Origin: Amoebidium appalachense
Lineage: Eukaryota; Protista; Ichthyosporea
Direction: 5' to 3'
DNA: 64,000 bases
Assembly (NCBI GenBank): GCA_963693365.1
Contig: CAVNZM010000006.1
Location: forward strand, 11,349,355 to 11,413,354
Position 1 is the first letter of the stretch; each line of letters starts with the position of its first letter. The notes below the pieces were generated by a model. The model had not been told where the DNA came from, did not search any database, and saw only the letters and a program-made list of their open reading frames with translations. Shown here one piece after another: positions 28,200 through 57,463 of this stretch. The position numbers were made by a program, and so were the translations under genes.

Positions 28200-29410
28200 C
28201 AGGATTCTGTGGGCGCCAGGTCACTCGAGCTCTGAGGTGAGCCTCGAGCTTGGGAATTCTTGGTCGATTGGTTCAGAACGCACCCGGTCATATGCTTACG
28301 AATATGGCTAGGAAATAAGGAGGATGGTTGGCTTATCTGGATAGGCGCCATGTTCACACATCCGAGTGTGGGACTCGGCTAAACTTCTGAAATACGATAC
28401 GTACACATGGCCTATTTATTATCTTGAAAACGTGTATTGCGCGACAAAACAACCATAATTATGCACGAATATGTATGGACAACGCACAGACACCCTAATT
28501 CACCTAATACACACGTGCCTCGTGCACTGTGACATTCATGTTGCGTTTTGATTCGCTTTACAGCATGGACAATGTATGACCGGTTTCTGATTGGTGAATA
28601 GATGACCTGCTGCGAGTCACTAATTGGTTGAGTCTTGCCCAAATCTGCCATACCGATATGACCTGTCTGCTGATTGGCTGCATCTAACCTCTACGTAATT
28701 GTATTTAGATCCTGTTGCCCAATGTCAAGATGCTAGGCAGATTGAACTCTGGTCTATTATCAACATAGCACTGCGAGGAGGTCCAACGTAATATGCTTAT
28801 ATTGTCGGTAAATTAGTTCTATTTTGTGCTAAAATATTGTTGGTGGGGAGTCTAGTTGACACAACAACACTGCCAATTCCCAATCAGCAGTCGGAACAAA
28901 AATGATATATGCACTTGCATCTTATGCGAGGAGCAGGCTCTCTCAAACGTTATAATTGCCTGGACACGTTCCTGCTCCAGATTTCACGATTGGCCATGGC
29001 AGTGCACAGGCTACACTAAACCCCACCCACTTGCTGATATTGGCCAGTATTGCCGTGGTGCAGGCACACACTGATTCTATGTGCCCCCATGGATTAGCCT
29101 TGCACTCGAAGCAGGCGGACAGTAGCTAGGGAGCTCGAAGGCCGTGCAGTCGGTGAATCGCACATACGTGGTGCTGGGCACACAACCCAGGCAGTGTGGA
29201 ACGTTCAAGGACAGACCATTCATTGACTCTTTGCCTTTTAGATGTGTTACCGAATTCAAAAAACAAACCCTGTAGTGGTTGTCGAACGTTCCCTTACTGT
29301 CAGTTATCAGTCTAGTGCTTCGTCTCGCCAGATTTGTGCAGAACATTTTTGGGCAACACACCACAACCAAGTTAGCTTACACCCCGTGTCTGGTGCCGTT
29401 AATCGTGAAA
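28200..29410. promoter_or_regulatory. Divergent promoter region between the beta-helix gene and the subtilase
   Basis: Repeat-free, lower-GC spacer between head-to-head genes, with clustered CCAAT/ATTGG boxes at ~28267, 28590, 28623, 28673, 28873, 28880 and 28989. Confidence 0.5.
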
Positions 29411-34076
<4,666 letters not shown>

Positions 34077-34401
34077 CCTTATCATTATTTAGACATTGCA
34101 TGAATGATGGCTTGCTGACACGGCAAGACACTGAATCAATTTGAATAGTTGCTTTTACTTAATGGGGCCAACAGGCTACCCAGTTAAATATTCGCGCCAT
34201 ACGTATGCTACCCCTTTATATCTTGCCCAAATAAAATGCCCCAATTCGTGCCCAATACGCCTGCCGGTACATGCGCAAAACTAATGCTCAAGGCCAGCCG
34301 GTTTCGTCCATAATACTACATTAGCTTTCGTTCGATGTGTGTTCGACTACAGTGTTCATACATGGTGCAGTGGCCATACACGCATACAGTTTTGCAGTGT
34401 C

Positions 34402-46761
<12,360 letters not shown>

Positions 46762-47534
46762 GCAGCGAAAGGTACAAAGCACTGTGTATAGCACACACAC
46801 ACACACACACACACCTTCCAGCACAGAGGCACACACAGAACAAGAACGGTCACTCACACCACACACACCCGGGCACAAAGAATACCCAGACCCACGCTTA
46901 AAACACAGAGACATGTACACATGCACACCAAAATACATAATAGGTACACACCACCCCCAGCACACACACGACCACACGCTTTCAACCGCGCACACATGCA
47001 CACCCAAAGCTGATGAGGGGTGACACAGCTGGACCCCATTCACCTGCACGGCTCTGCAAACTACACCACCCTCGATGGCCAGAGAACACTTGCCACCCAC
47101 TATGGGCACCAACCATCCAATCTAGCATATTAAACATACCCACCGCTCTCGAAGATAGCCCACAAGGACATCACCTAACCAGGCCAGGAAAAAGCCATAT
47201 ACAGAAGCCACCAGCCCCATTCCCCCTCCTCCCCCCCTGTAGTAAAAGACACACCCAGACACCACCCACCTTGCTTCATGACGAAGCGCTGGTGCTGGGC
47301 CCCATGCGGGCGTGCACCTACCCGTCCACTGGTGTCAGCTTAAACGACAGCACACACTGCACGTGTTGTTCTGGAATCACATAGAATTCTGTGAATACTC
47401 CCGGGCACTACGAGCACAAAAGACAAAGTGCACTGCATGTAAGAAGTACCTGCAAAAGGGGGAAGAGGGCGTGGTCGTGTGCCTAAGCAACTAGACAAGC
47501 TGGTAGTGTCCACCCGTAGTAGTTTGTTGTCCTA

Positions 47535-47638
47535 CACACTCACAATGTGACCTTGCCTGTAAACGGCCCAGAAAGCTGAGGATGCACACTCACAATGTGA
47601 CCTTGCCTATAAACGGCCCAGAAAGCTGAGGTTGCACA
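47535..47638. repeat. 50-bp direct tandem duplication upstream of the CBP coding region
   Basis: cacactcacaatgtgaccttgcct(g/a)taaacggcccagaaagctgagg(a/t)tg occurs twice. Confidence 0.9.
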
Positions 47639-48271
47639 TCAAAACTACTACAGCGGTCCCCCCTTACAGACAACACACCCTTTAGAGCAGGCAAGGACAC
47701 TCCATATTGCCACACGCAAGGAACACACCTCGTTGTTGCGTCTGGGGTGGGTGACACCCACATCAAGAGGGTAGCTGGTGCCTAACACGTCTGTCTAATG
47801 TCTCTGCCTGTCTCGTGCTCCGCCTGCTGCGTACTGCCGCTCTCGCCGCCTATTCTAGGACCGTACACACAGTGTTTTTTCCTCGTGAGTAACTATTGTA
47901 CGCGTGCCAGTACTAACAGCAACCCCAAGGTCCAAACTCATCCACCGGACAACGTCTACGTAGCGCTTGACCTTCTACGTCACAAGAAAAGTGTCTGCAC
48001 AATGATAATAAAGAAAAGGCTACCGTTGTCTCTACGTCGCCTCTACCTGCCTGCCTGTCTCTTCGTTTCCTCGGTACCCTACTAACATCGGTTACACCTT
48101 TTTCCTGCTCTCTCTCCTTCCCCCCAGCTGGCCTCAGTAGCCTTTAGAAAGCCGTCGTAATCACGTCGTCCAGTGTTCGCGCGCGCAGGCTGCAACGGCC
48201 TGAATCAGTGGAATAGCCGGCGAGAAAGCATTAAACCCACAACAGTTTAATGTTTTAGCTCCAAGGCATAT

Positions 48272-50439
48272 ATAAGCACATAAGCCGCTTAAAGAAGTAT
48301 TTGCCCTCCCCCCCGCTCAGAAACCTATTGTGTGGCCTGTAGACCCATCTATCCCCATAGAATCGATCCTCCCCTTTTTCAGTCCCGATGCCATATGGTC
48401 TGTGATATCTAGTTATAGCTCTAGTAAGTCTTGTGGACCTGATGGACTCCCTGCTGGGTTTCTTAAAATCCTTGTTCCCTCCTACCCACAAAAGGAAAGT
48501 GATCGTGCTATTAAACCTGATCTTACTATCATGTTAAGCTCTCTCTTTTCTTGGTGTGTTAAATGTGGACATGTCCCGTCATCTTGGTTAGATACCTTAG
48601 TGATCCCCATAGTTAAGAAGGACTCTGAGGGCCCCATATCATCCTTTCGCCCCATTACACTAACCCAGGTTGTTCGTAGATTCTTTGAAGCTTGCTTACT
48701 TAGGTTATTTGCACATCACCCTAGGTTTCAATCTATTCTTCACATACACCCATGCCAATCCGCTTTTCGTAAAAACAATTCATGTTATGTTCAAATAATG
48801 GCACTGCACGATTCTATGCAAGTTGGTGCACAATATGTTGGCTTTATTGATTGGAAAACTGCTTACGATTCTGTCTCCCCTGGTCTCCTATGGGAAAAGC
48901 TTGCTGCACGGGGTGTACCACACTGCATTGGTGTTCTGTTAGAAGCACTCTTGTCTCAAACCTATGGTAGAGCTGTGGTTAATGGGCATCTTTCATATGG
49001 TTTTGCTCGTACTAGAGGTCTCTTGCAGGGTTCATTGCTTAGCCCCTTTTTGTTTAACCTATTTATAGATGATTTGGCTGTCAAGATTTACGCCGAAAAC
49101 GATGACCCTATTAATAACTTTCCGCCTGCACTTCTCTATGCTGATGATCTGTCCCTCCTTGCCCGTACCCCTAGACGCCTGCAAAGATTGTTCGATGTAG
49201 TGTCAGAGTGGTGCAAGGCAAACCTTATGATCCTTAACATAGACAAATGTGGTGTTCTTGTACCTGATATAGCTAACAATTTACACACATTTACATTATC
49301 ATCTAAACCTGTACCTATAGTTCCAGAATACAAATATCTTGGTGTTCCGGTTGATTCTGTTGGTGTTATGTTTCCCCATATGGTCGAAAAGAGGGTAGAG
49401 TTGGCTCGTAAGCGGTTAGCTTTCTTCTCGGCTAATATTTTTAAAGACACACCCCTCCATCCTTCTATTAGACTTACATTTATTCGCACTTTTGTCTTCC
49501 CGGCATGTGAATATGGTTTACCCCTTCTCGCCGCTTGGATCAAGAAAGAGAGAACTAGAGCGCTTAAACCCCTGGCAAATTTCCTTGAAGCAGAAGTTGC
49601 CTCCTTTCTATCTAACAACTGTTGTAAACCTGGGCCTGTAACGCTCTCGATATATGGTCTGGTCCCAATAGCTGCTAGAGTATCCTATCTCGCGCTGAAA
49701 TTCAATAAGCACATAAGCCGCTTAAAGAAGTATTTGCCCTCCCACCCTCTCTTCTCTATCCGACCTGTCCCCTCCTCACCTCTCCCCTCTTTCCTCCCCT
49801 CTCTCTCCCCTTCTCCCCTGGGCACAAATACAAATAAACCCCGCAATAGTGTGTGTGTGACTTTGGACTGCCACTTACTTATTAAACATGTACACAATCA
49901 CAAGATAATCACGCAATATAACAAATGGAAAAAGATACCACACGACACTAGACCCGATGAAAGCATACACCTTCAAAAACTAAGCCTTATGTCTCGTTTT
50001 ATATATACTGACCGCCTCAACCATATTGCCAAATATGGCACTCGCAAGTGTATAACACCTAAATACATATTACCTTCCTGTAGAACTGGTCTTTCTCTAG
50101 CTGATGGTATTATTGATCAATTACCACGCTTTTACTGTACACGTGCTATACAGTGGAGATCTAATAAGTATAAGGTGGCATCATTTGCATGCCCAAACAA
50201 CACACACACACACCAGTTTAACCGGTCATGTATCGCCAAATGTAGTTTGATAGACCACATAATACCGCAACACACACACGTCACATTCACAACAGACACC
50301 CAGAAAGATAGCCTACCTGTAAATTACAACATCCTTGATTTTATACTAAACACGCGTAACTACGACCTGTTTATTAGATGTATTGATTGGCTTGAGAAAC
50401 ACATCACTACAAAATTATAGCGCACGCGCACACACACAC

Positions 50440-50525
<86 letters not shown>

Positions 50526-50592
50526 CCAGCTGATACCGAGTGTCCCGAGGGGAGCCCCTTCACACAACCAGCTGATACCGAGTGTCCCGCCC

Positions 50593-50627
<35 letters not shown>
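48272..50627 (+). mobile_element. 5'-truncated non-LTR retrotransposon copy
   Basis: AT-rich, intronless island containing the RT ORF. The 3' end is (CA)n, a 29-bp direct repeat, then a ~32-nt poly(A) at 50596-50627. No endonuclease domain or ORF1 is visible. Boundaries are approximate. Confidence 0.8.
48330..50420 (+). CDS. Non-LTR (LINE-type) reverse transcriptase, N-terminally truncated
   Basis: KSCGPDGLP (domain 0), IPIVKK, FRPITLT, QSAFRK, FIDWKTAYDSV, GLLQGSLLSPFLFNLFID, LLYADD, NIDKC, YKYLGV; C-terminal Cys/His cluster CPNNTHTHQFNRSCIAKC. Confidence 0.93.
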   Translation: MWPVDPSIPIESILPFFSPDAIWSVISSYSSSKSCGPDGLPAGFLKILVPSYPQKESDRAIKPDLTIMLSSLFSWCVKCGHVPSSWLDTLVIPIVKKDSEGPISSFRPITLTQVVRRFFEACLLRLFAHHPRFQSILHIHPCQSAFRKNNSCYVQIMALHDSMQVGAQYVGFIDWKTAYDSVSPGLLWEKLAARGVPHCIGVLLEALLSQTYGRAVVNGHLSYGFARTRGLLQGSLLSPFLFNLFIDDLAVKIYAENDDPINNFPPALLYADDLSLLARTPRRLQRLFDVVSEWCKANLMILNIDKCGVLVPDIANNLHTFTLSSKPVPIVPEYKYLGVPVDSVGVMFPHMVEKRVELARKRLAFFSANIFKDTPLHPSIRLTFIRTFVFPACEYGLPLLAAWIKKERTRALKPLANFLEAEVASFLSNNCCKPGPVTLSIYGLVPIAARVSYLALKFNKHISRLKKYLPSHPLFSIRPVPSSPLPSFLPSLSPSPLGTNTNKPRNSVCVTLDCHLLIKHVHNHKIITQYNKWKKIPHDTRPDESIHLQKLSLMSRFIYTDRLNHIAKYGTRKCITPKYILPSCRTGLSLADGIIDQLPRFYCTRAIQWRSNKYKVASFACPNNTHTHQFNRSCIAKCSLIDHIIPQHTHVTFTTDTQKDSLPVNYNILDFILNTRNYDLFIRCIDWLEKHITTKL

Positions 50628-50628
<1 letters not shown>

Positions 50629-51089
50629 GGGGAACCCCAACTAATTGATTTCTCCTTGTAGTCTTTATGGTGTCTCGTAGAGAAAGTAAACCCTGATATA
50701 TAGTCACCACCCGACATCTATGTACGTGATCATGATATACCGCTGAGGGGATATTCCGAGCAAACCCCCCCCCCCATACCTGAGACTGGTTCTCTTTGCC
50801 TCGAGTAAACAGCGTAAACCCCCCCAGGCATATATATGCATGGGAATAACGGTGAATTGCAATAAAAATTCCCATGGTTTCGATCTGAGGAAACCCAAAG
50901 AAAGTTCTAACATATACAAATTTGAAAGAAATTTGTCAATTACAACACTGCAGATACAAAAAAAGAGTTTAGAAGAAGACAGCCTACTGTTGTTCAAGAA
51001 ATAAAGCCCCCAGCAACGGCTCCTTTGGAGGCTTTGCCTTGAGGGGCGGTAAACAGCACCCGTGACAGTACACAGGAACAAGCCAATCG

Positions 51090-51326
51090 GGTGTCCTGTA
51101 TAAAATCATGACGTCACAAGGTGATCTGATGAGCGCCACATTCCTGAACGAGAAGAATCCAGGGGCCCGGGTACCATATCAGGAGCGGGCAATTTTTGAA
51201 TTCTCCCTCCCCGGCCCCGCCGGGGAAAATTTGAGGTTTTTGGACCTCAAAGAAGTCAAATCCTGCAAAATCCACTACCGGGAGGCCAAAAAGGGTGATT
51301 TTACAAAAAAGGAGGGACATACATGA
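51090..51326 (+). pseudogene. Possible decayed DDE (MULE-like) transposase fragment
   Basis: Non-repetitive coding-like peptide ...VPYQERAIFEF...VKSCKIHYREAKK, loosely resembling the MULE 'D.E.A....CxxH' region with the Asp lost. Flanking frames are broken. Weak evidence. Confidence 0.2.
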
Positions 51327-52040
51327 AAAAGAGAAAATGGGCGAGTTCAGTGGGCTGCCGATAAGTATATCTCGTGCTGGGCCGGTATACATGCTGCCGT
51401 GGTTGTTGCTGTAGACGGCAGTATGGCATCGCATGTGTCACGTGACCTGCACGTGAATGCGACCATGTGCAGGCACTGAGTCTAGGGGGATTTGTATGTG
51501 TGTTTTGGAGCACCGACAAGGCAGAGCCAGGGTGAGGGATGTGTAAACATGGAGTTTAGGGAGATCGTGCTGCTATTGTAACATGTGCACAAAACAGCCA
51601 CGTGCACCGGCACACTCCGGTGTACAGAACAATAATATGCACATGCGTCACTGTAATATCATGTATGCGCATGCCGCACAAGGTTTAGGAGACCACCACA
51701 GTATATACTATTTTCTTTTGGTTGATATCCATGTAGGAATGGTGTGTTGCAGTTGTCATGATCAGCCTGAGGCAGGCACGTGCACTCACTGAAACACTAG
51801 AACTCATGAATAAAAAATACATTCGCTAAAAACGGCAAGGTAAATTTGGGGCCAAGCTATTATTTCCCCCTTTTAAACGTTTTTTTAGCTCCAAGAACTT
51901 CGACGCCAAAATTTCTATATTTGGCCATCGTATATGATAATGAACACGTGTACTTAAATTAAAGTAGTTATATAAATATGAGCGGCCCGTTACAAATACA
52001 GTGACGAAAAACAGTGACCCACGAGCAGTTTTTCTTTCTA

Positions 52041-52104
<64 letters not shown>

Positions 52105-53296
52105 ACACCAGACACACACACCACCACCACGGTGACCACCACCACCACCACCACCACCACTCACCCCTTAAAAAAACCACACACATACGTGCACGTGTAC
52201 ACACACACACAGAACACCACCACCACCTCCACTGGACCCCATTTCCTCGTTGTTTTCTTAAGCCTTCAGACCAGTCCTGCACACTGGAGTTAAACAATTG
52301 AATTCACCTAGGCTGACATGCATCCACCCCCGCCTTCCACTTCCCTCCCCCCCACCCCCTCCCCCCACCCCCCCCACCCCCACCCCCTCCCCCTCGATGA
52401 AGAAGGGCCCCCGTAAGCCTTGGGGGGGGGGGGGGGAGGGGGGGGGAAGGGGAGAGGGGGGAGCTCTTGAGCCTCCGGGTAGGGAAGTGGGGTCCGGGGA
52501 TCCGGAGAGGAGGGGGGGGGGGGGGGGGGGGGAAGGGGCATATAATATTGGGCCTAGATATCATAGTATGGGGCCCCGGGGGAGGGAGAGGTGGGGGGGG
52601 GGAGGGGGGAGGATCCACGGGAAAGACCTTTAGGTGCATGTTCTTATTTATACCCCCTTCGAATCATCCCCCCTCTCCCCCCCCCCCCTCCCCCCCCCCT
52701 GAGTGCAGGCCGTGACGTAGCTACGATAACCCTGCAGAAGGCAACAAAAATGTATTAATTACTAGCACTATACATGTGTTCATAGTGCAGCTTGCACCAC
52801 GTATGATCTCAGCAACTTTAAAGTAGTCACAAAGTTTAGTTATTTTCATTATTTTCATTGCTCTGAACTCTATTACTCTGAAATGATCACCGTGCATGTG
52901 CCGCAAGATAACAACCCTATATGTGTGCAGCTGCTGCCTGCAGGTTAGACTCGCTGAAAAGACAATTGTCAGTGTGCATCCGACGCTTGCAGCTGCAGCT
53001 AGCCTCTGCAACATTAATACTTGCCAAGTGAATGCTCTTACACTTGATCATCATTCACTCAAAAAACCGAGGACCGACAGATTAAATATTAATGTCGATC
53101 CGAATGATCAGCAAGTGTCTATGCGTACTACTATATATACACACACGTAAAATGCGAAGCTATCAGTTACAAGGCACACCTGCTGCACTGGCACACATAC
53201 ACATACACACCGGCAGATCGATGCTGTCAAAATTTACTTTCATGTACTTCGTAGGTCCGACACAGGTGCACATGAACACGTACATATGTACAAGCC

Positions 53297-53431
53297 GCGC
53301 ACACACCACACCACACATACACACACACACACACACACTCACACACACACACGCACACACGCACACACGCACACACGCACACACGCACGCACGCACGCAC
53401 ACACACACACACACACACGCACGCACGCGCG

Positions 53432-53509
<78 letters not shown>
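53297..53509. repeat. (CA)n/(CG) compound microsatellite downstream of the transposase gene
   Basis: Directly visible; ends sharply at 53510, where unique AT-rich sequence begins. Confidence 0.95.
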
Positions 53510-53510
<1 letters not shown>

Positions 53511-53927
53511 CACTGGGTGCGCTCGCTGGGGATTAGTTTTTTGGCACGCTGTTGACTTTATCGTGTGTTTATTATTTGCTATTTATTGGCCAGCGGCCAA
53601 CATTTAAAAATATACTATATACCTAAAAATAGATACTGACTACGGCCAGCAGACATTATACACCTTCCAGGACACATTAACACCAATAGTCTAACACACC
53701 ATACTCTCGATCACAAAGAATTCCTAACAAACAGAGAAAAGTGCAAAGGCTCTGTACTATTACTCAGATTCTAAATTTTAATTCTTTACAGTAAACTTCG
53801 GAATGAAAGCTAGCCCCCCCCCCCCCCCCCCCCCCCCTCCCCCCCTAACATGACTGTACGAAGAACAGGTATAACTTGAAGCACTACAACACATATGAGA
53901 TCCGTTACATTGGTGTACATTCCAATA

Positions 53928-55576
53928 TTAGACACTAGTTTGGCTACTCTGACTACTCTGAGATCCTGATTGGCTGCCTGCAGACTTGCGGCCACGATTA
54001 CTTTGCTTTCGATCGTGCCATTGCAGCTGCGTCTCTCCAGCAGGTGGCAACGCCAGGCCCAGCACAGCAGATGCACGAGAAGGGGGTGGGAACTGCCCAC
54101 CAGCCGAGGGCTGGCCCACATGGCCCAAGTAAGGATGGGGACCGTGCTGCGGCAGTAGCCCAGGCATGGGGAAGGCAGGGCCGGGCTGAGGCGGCATGAT
54201 GCCCCACGGTGGGGGCCAGCCATGTGGGTGGTGCGGGCCTGGATGGGGTGCAGGGGGCATGTGCGGCACATGGCCCTGCTGCATGTCAAGCGCGGGTGCT
54301 GGTGGCATGGCATCCTGATTGGCTGCAACCCAACGTGGGCAGCTCTTGGCCCGATTGGAGCCGGGGCAGCCCTTGCCCTGGCGGCCACACGTCTTGCAGG
54401 TCTTGGGGGCTCTCTGGGGTGGCTGCATAGGAGGGGGCACCGGCAAATCCATCTGCAGGGGCCCCTCAGGGCCAATGTTGCGATGCTTTTTGCCCACTAG
54501 CATGGGCAAGGGCCGCTCACGCTGCGCCCCTGCATCGACACCGTCTGGAACAGGGAGGGGTGGCAAGGGGGCAGGCCGTATGGTTGCTGGCACAGCGTCT
54601 GCCCTCTCCTCGCGCATACGCTTGCGGTGATCTGCCAGGCCCTCGTGTGTGGAGCGCTGTGCATGTGCCGTCTGCCAGGTCTTCCACTTGTCGAAATGCT
54701 TCTTGATGTAGGCCGCATCCTTCATGTAGATTCCCCCAGCCACAGAGGCAGCCTTGTTGAAGTCTTGGGCCAAAGCCTCGAACAGCTGGCCGTTGGGCTT
54801 TGCATGTGCCTTGTAGGTGCCCAGGAGCAGCGTGCTGAATAGCTTGCGCTCCTGAGGGGTAAGCACCGGAAGGAAGGGGATGGCCACATGTTGCTTCTGC
54901 GCCAGGAACTTGTAGTCGCCCCTCAGTGCAGGGTCCGGCTGTGGTGCACCACGCGCCACCTGGTTGCCCCCCCCCATGGCAGCACCGTCACCCTCCTCGA
55001 CCTCACAGTCCTCTGGCCCGCCCATCACGCCATTGGCTGCAGGCTCGATGTTATCAGACGGAGGTGGGGGTGCGGGCACCGCAACTGGCTCCTGCGCCGG
55101 GGCATTGGCCACACAGGAGAGCGGGGCAAAGTTGAAGTACTCCTCCGGTAGCTTGTAGCAGCCTACGGGTACCCACTGGGGGTCGAGGTGATGGCCGTAC
55201 AGCATCAGCGCCAGTGCCTCCATGTCGTCAACAATCCAGGGGCTGTAGTGGGGGGGCCCCGATGCCTGGCCCAGGCGGTTGCGGTAGTGTGCACGCAGGT
55301 TGTGGCGGTGGCGCCTATTGGACATGGTGGCGTCCAGCAGGCGCAGCGACATGCGTGTGGCCCCAAAGTGGGTGGCCAGGGGGTTGTGCACTGCCCCCTC
55401 CACCTCGTTGGTGCCCCGGATGCAGCGGTAGCGCATGAGCCCATCTGCGTCGGCAGTGGTCTCGTAGTAGAGGGGCAGGCCGGGGGGGTCCGACAGACAG
55501 CCATTTTGGGCGTGTTCGAGCAGCGACTGTGGGGGCACAAGCAAACATCAGAGAGATGGGTGGGTGGTGGTGGTGG

Positions 55577-55627
<51 letters not shown>

Positions 55628-55708
55628 GGGGGGGGATGGGGTTGCTAAGGAAAAAAACGAGCAGGGAAAGGCAAAAAACAACTGGCTAGGCAGCAAGGGC
55701 CGTGCGGG

Positions 55709-55776
<68 letters not shown>

Positions 55777-56359
55777 ATGTTTGGGGGGGAGGGGAGGGGG
55801 GGGGGGGGAGGCTAGGGTGTGCGTGTGTGTGCAGATGAACCAAGGATGACAAATAAGCGAAGAATCTTTTCTGTGGTGGTGGAGTTGTTGGGCGCCTGCA
55901 GGGGGGGGGGGGGGGGGGGGATGTTGCCTCGAGTCTTTCAAAGCCATCCTTCTTGAACAGAGGCTTGCCATCCGGTCCGGGCGGCACATCCTTGTAGGTG
56001 TTTTTGAACTCCACCAGCCGCGAGACCAGCGTGTATGGGTCGGGAATAACCCGCCGGATGCGCTCCATGAAGTAGCTCAGGTCGCCGCCCTTGAGCTCGG
56101 TTTCAATGTCGATGCCCTTCTGCTCCAGCACCCCCTGTGAGGCAGGATGCCAATATTAATTTACTACGCACACTGCAATTTGGGTTTGGTAGACTTTGAT
56201 ACCTGCCGTTATTGTAGGACCCCTCCCCTCCACCCCCCCCATCTTCTCCCCCAACACAAGTAAAAAATGCATGTGGCTATTTCCCCCCACAACCCTACAT
56301 TATTTCTCTCTAGGCATATGAATAACCCCCACTCTCCTCCCCCCCTCCCCCCCCCCCCT

Positions 56360-56391
<32 letters not shown>

Positions 56392-57432
56392 TGCCCCCCC
56401 TCTCTCTGAGGCTCAGGCTCTCTCTCTTCCCTCAGAAGTTTTGTCGAAGGTGTGCATGGTTGTGGGTGGAATGGTGAGTGTGTGCTAACGAGTGTATGTG
56501 TGTGTGCGCGTCAGTCACGCATGTTGTTGTTGCCGTTTTTTTTATTTTTATTTTTTATTTTTTATTTTGGGGGGGGGGGGAGGGGGGGAGGCACCTTCAC
56601 ATGTCCGTAATCCTCTTCATTCCACACAAATATTGCCTCGCTGAGTGCGCGTGCGTACTCAGCCCTGCGGGGGTGTGACTTGTACGTGCCGTCCGCCGTG
56701 TTTGCAATGGAGTGGAAGGCGTCATTCAGCACAGTCTGCCACACCACCTCCCCAGGCGGTGCCTGGCCCAACATGCCCTCTCTGGGAGCTGCCTCGGGTC
56801 CCCCTGGGGCTGCCTCAAGGCCCCCCGGGGCTGCCTGGGGGTCCTGGGGGGGTGCCTGTGGGCCGGCAAGGGGTTGCTGCTGCTCGGCAGGGGGAGGACT
56901 GGCAGGGGGAGGGGCTGGGTCAGGGACCACCGGCACCTCGGCACCTGGGTCCGGTGGGGGCTGAATGGGCCGTAGCCACTGCAGGTGCACCATCAGCTCA
57001 AAGGGCGGCGGGCCCAGCTCTCCCAGGGTCTTGCCCTTGTCGGGGCCAAAGGGCACCTGCATGGCCGGCGACAGCACCTGATCCACCCGCACCACTGCAT
57101 GCTTCTTGCCCACCTTCATGCCCCCCCAGCGCTCCGGCTGCACAGCCAGCACCACCCCGGTGGCTGCTGCAGCATGTGGGCCCCGCCGGGGCACAATCTC
57201 AACCCCTTCACCGAGTGCCTTTGCATGAAGCCGCGCTGCATGTCATAGAGGGAAGCAAAAAACTCAGCCAAAAAGCCACAGCACCAACGTTTTTCTCTTC
57301 GCTCCACAAAAATCAAATGCATATTCCTTAGCAACCCCCTTCCCCCCCCCCCCCCCCCCCTTCTCCCTCCCCCCCCCCCCCTCTCCCAGTGCCCAGCTTG
57401 TGTGGCACTTGCACGTGTTAACAGTGCTATAG

Positions 57433-57463
<31 letters not shown>

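Noticed and set aside
51030-51230. U4 snRNA-like candidate (GGCAATTTTTGA Sm-like site followed by a GC hairpin)
   Set aside because: No recognisable U6-pairing or kink-turn sequence upstream. An Infernal search would settle it.
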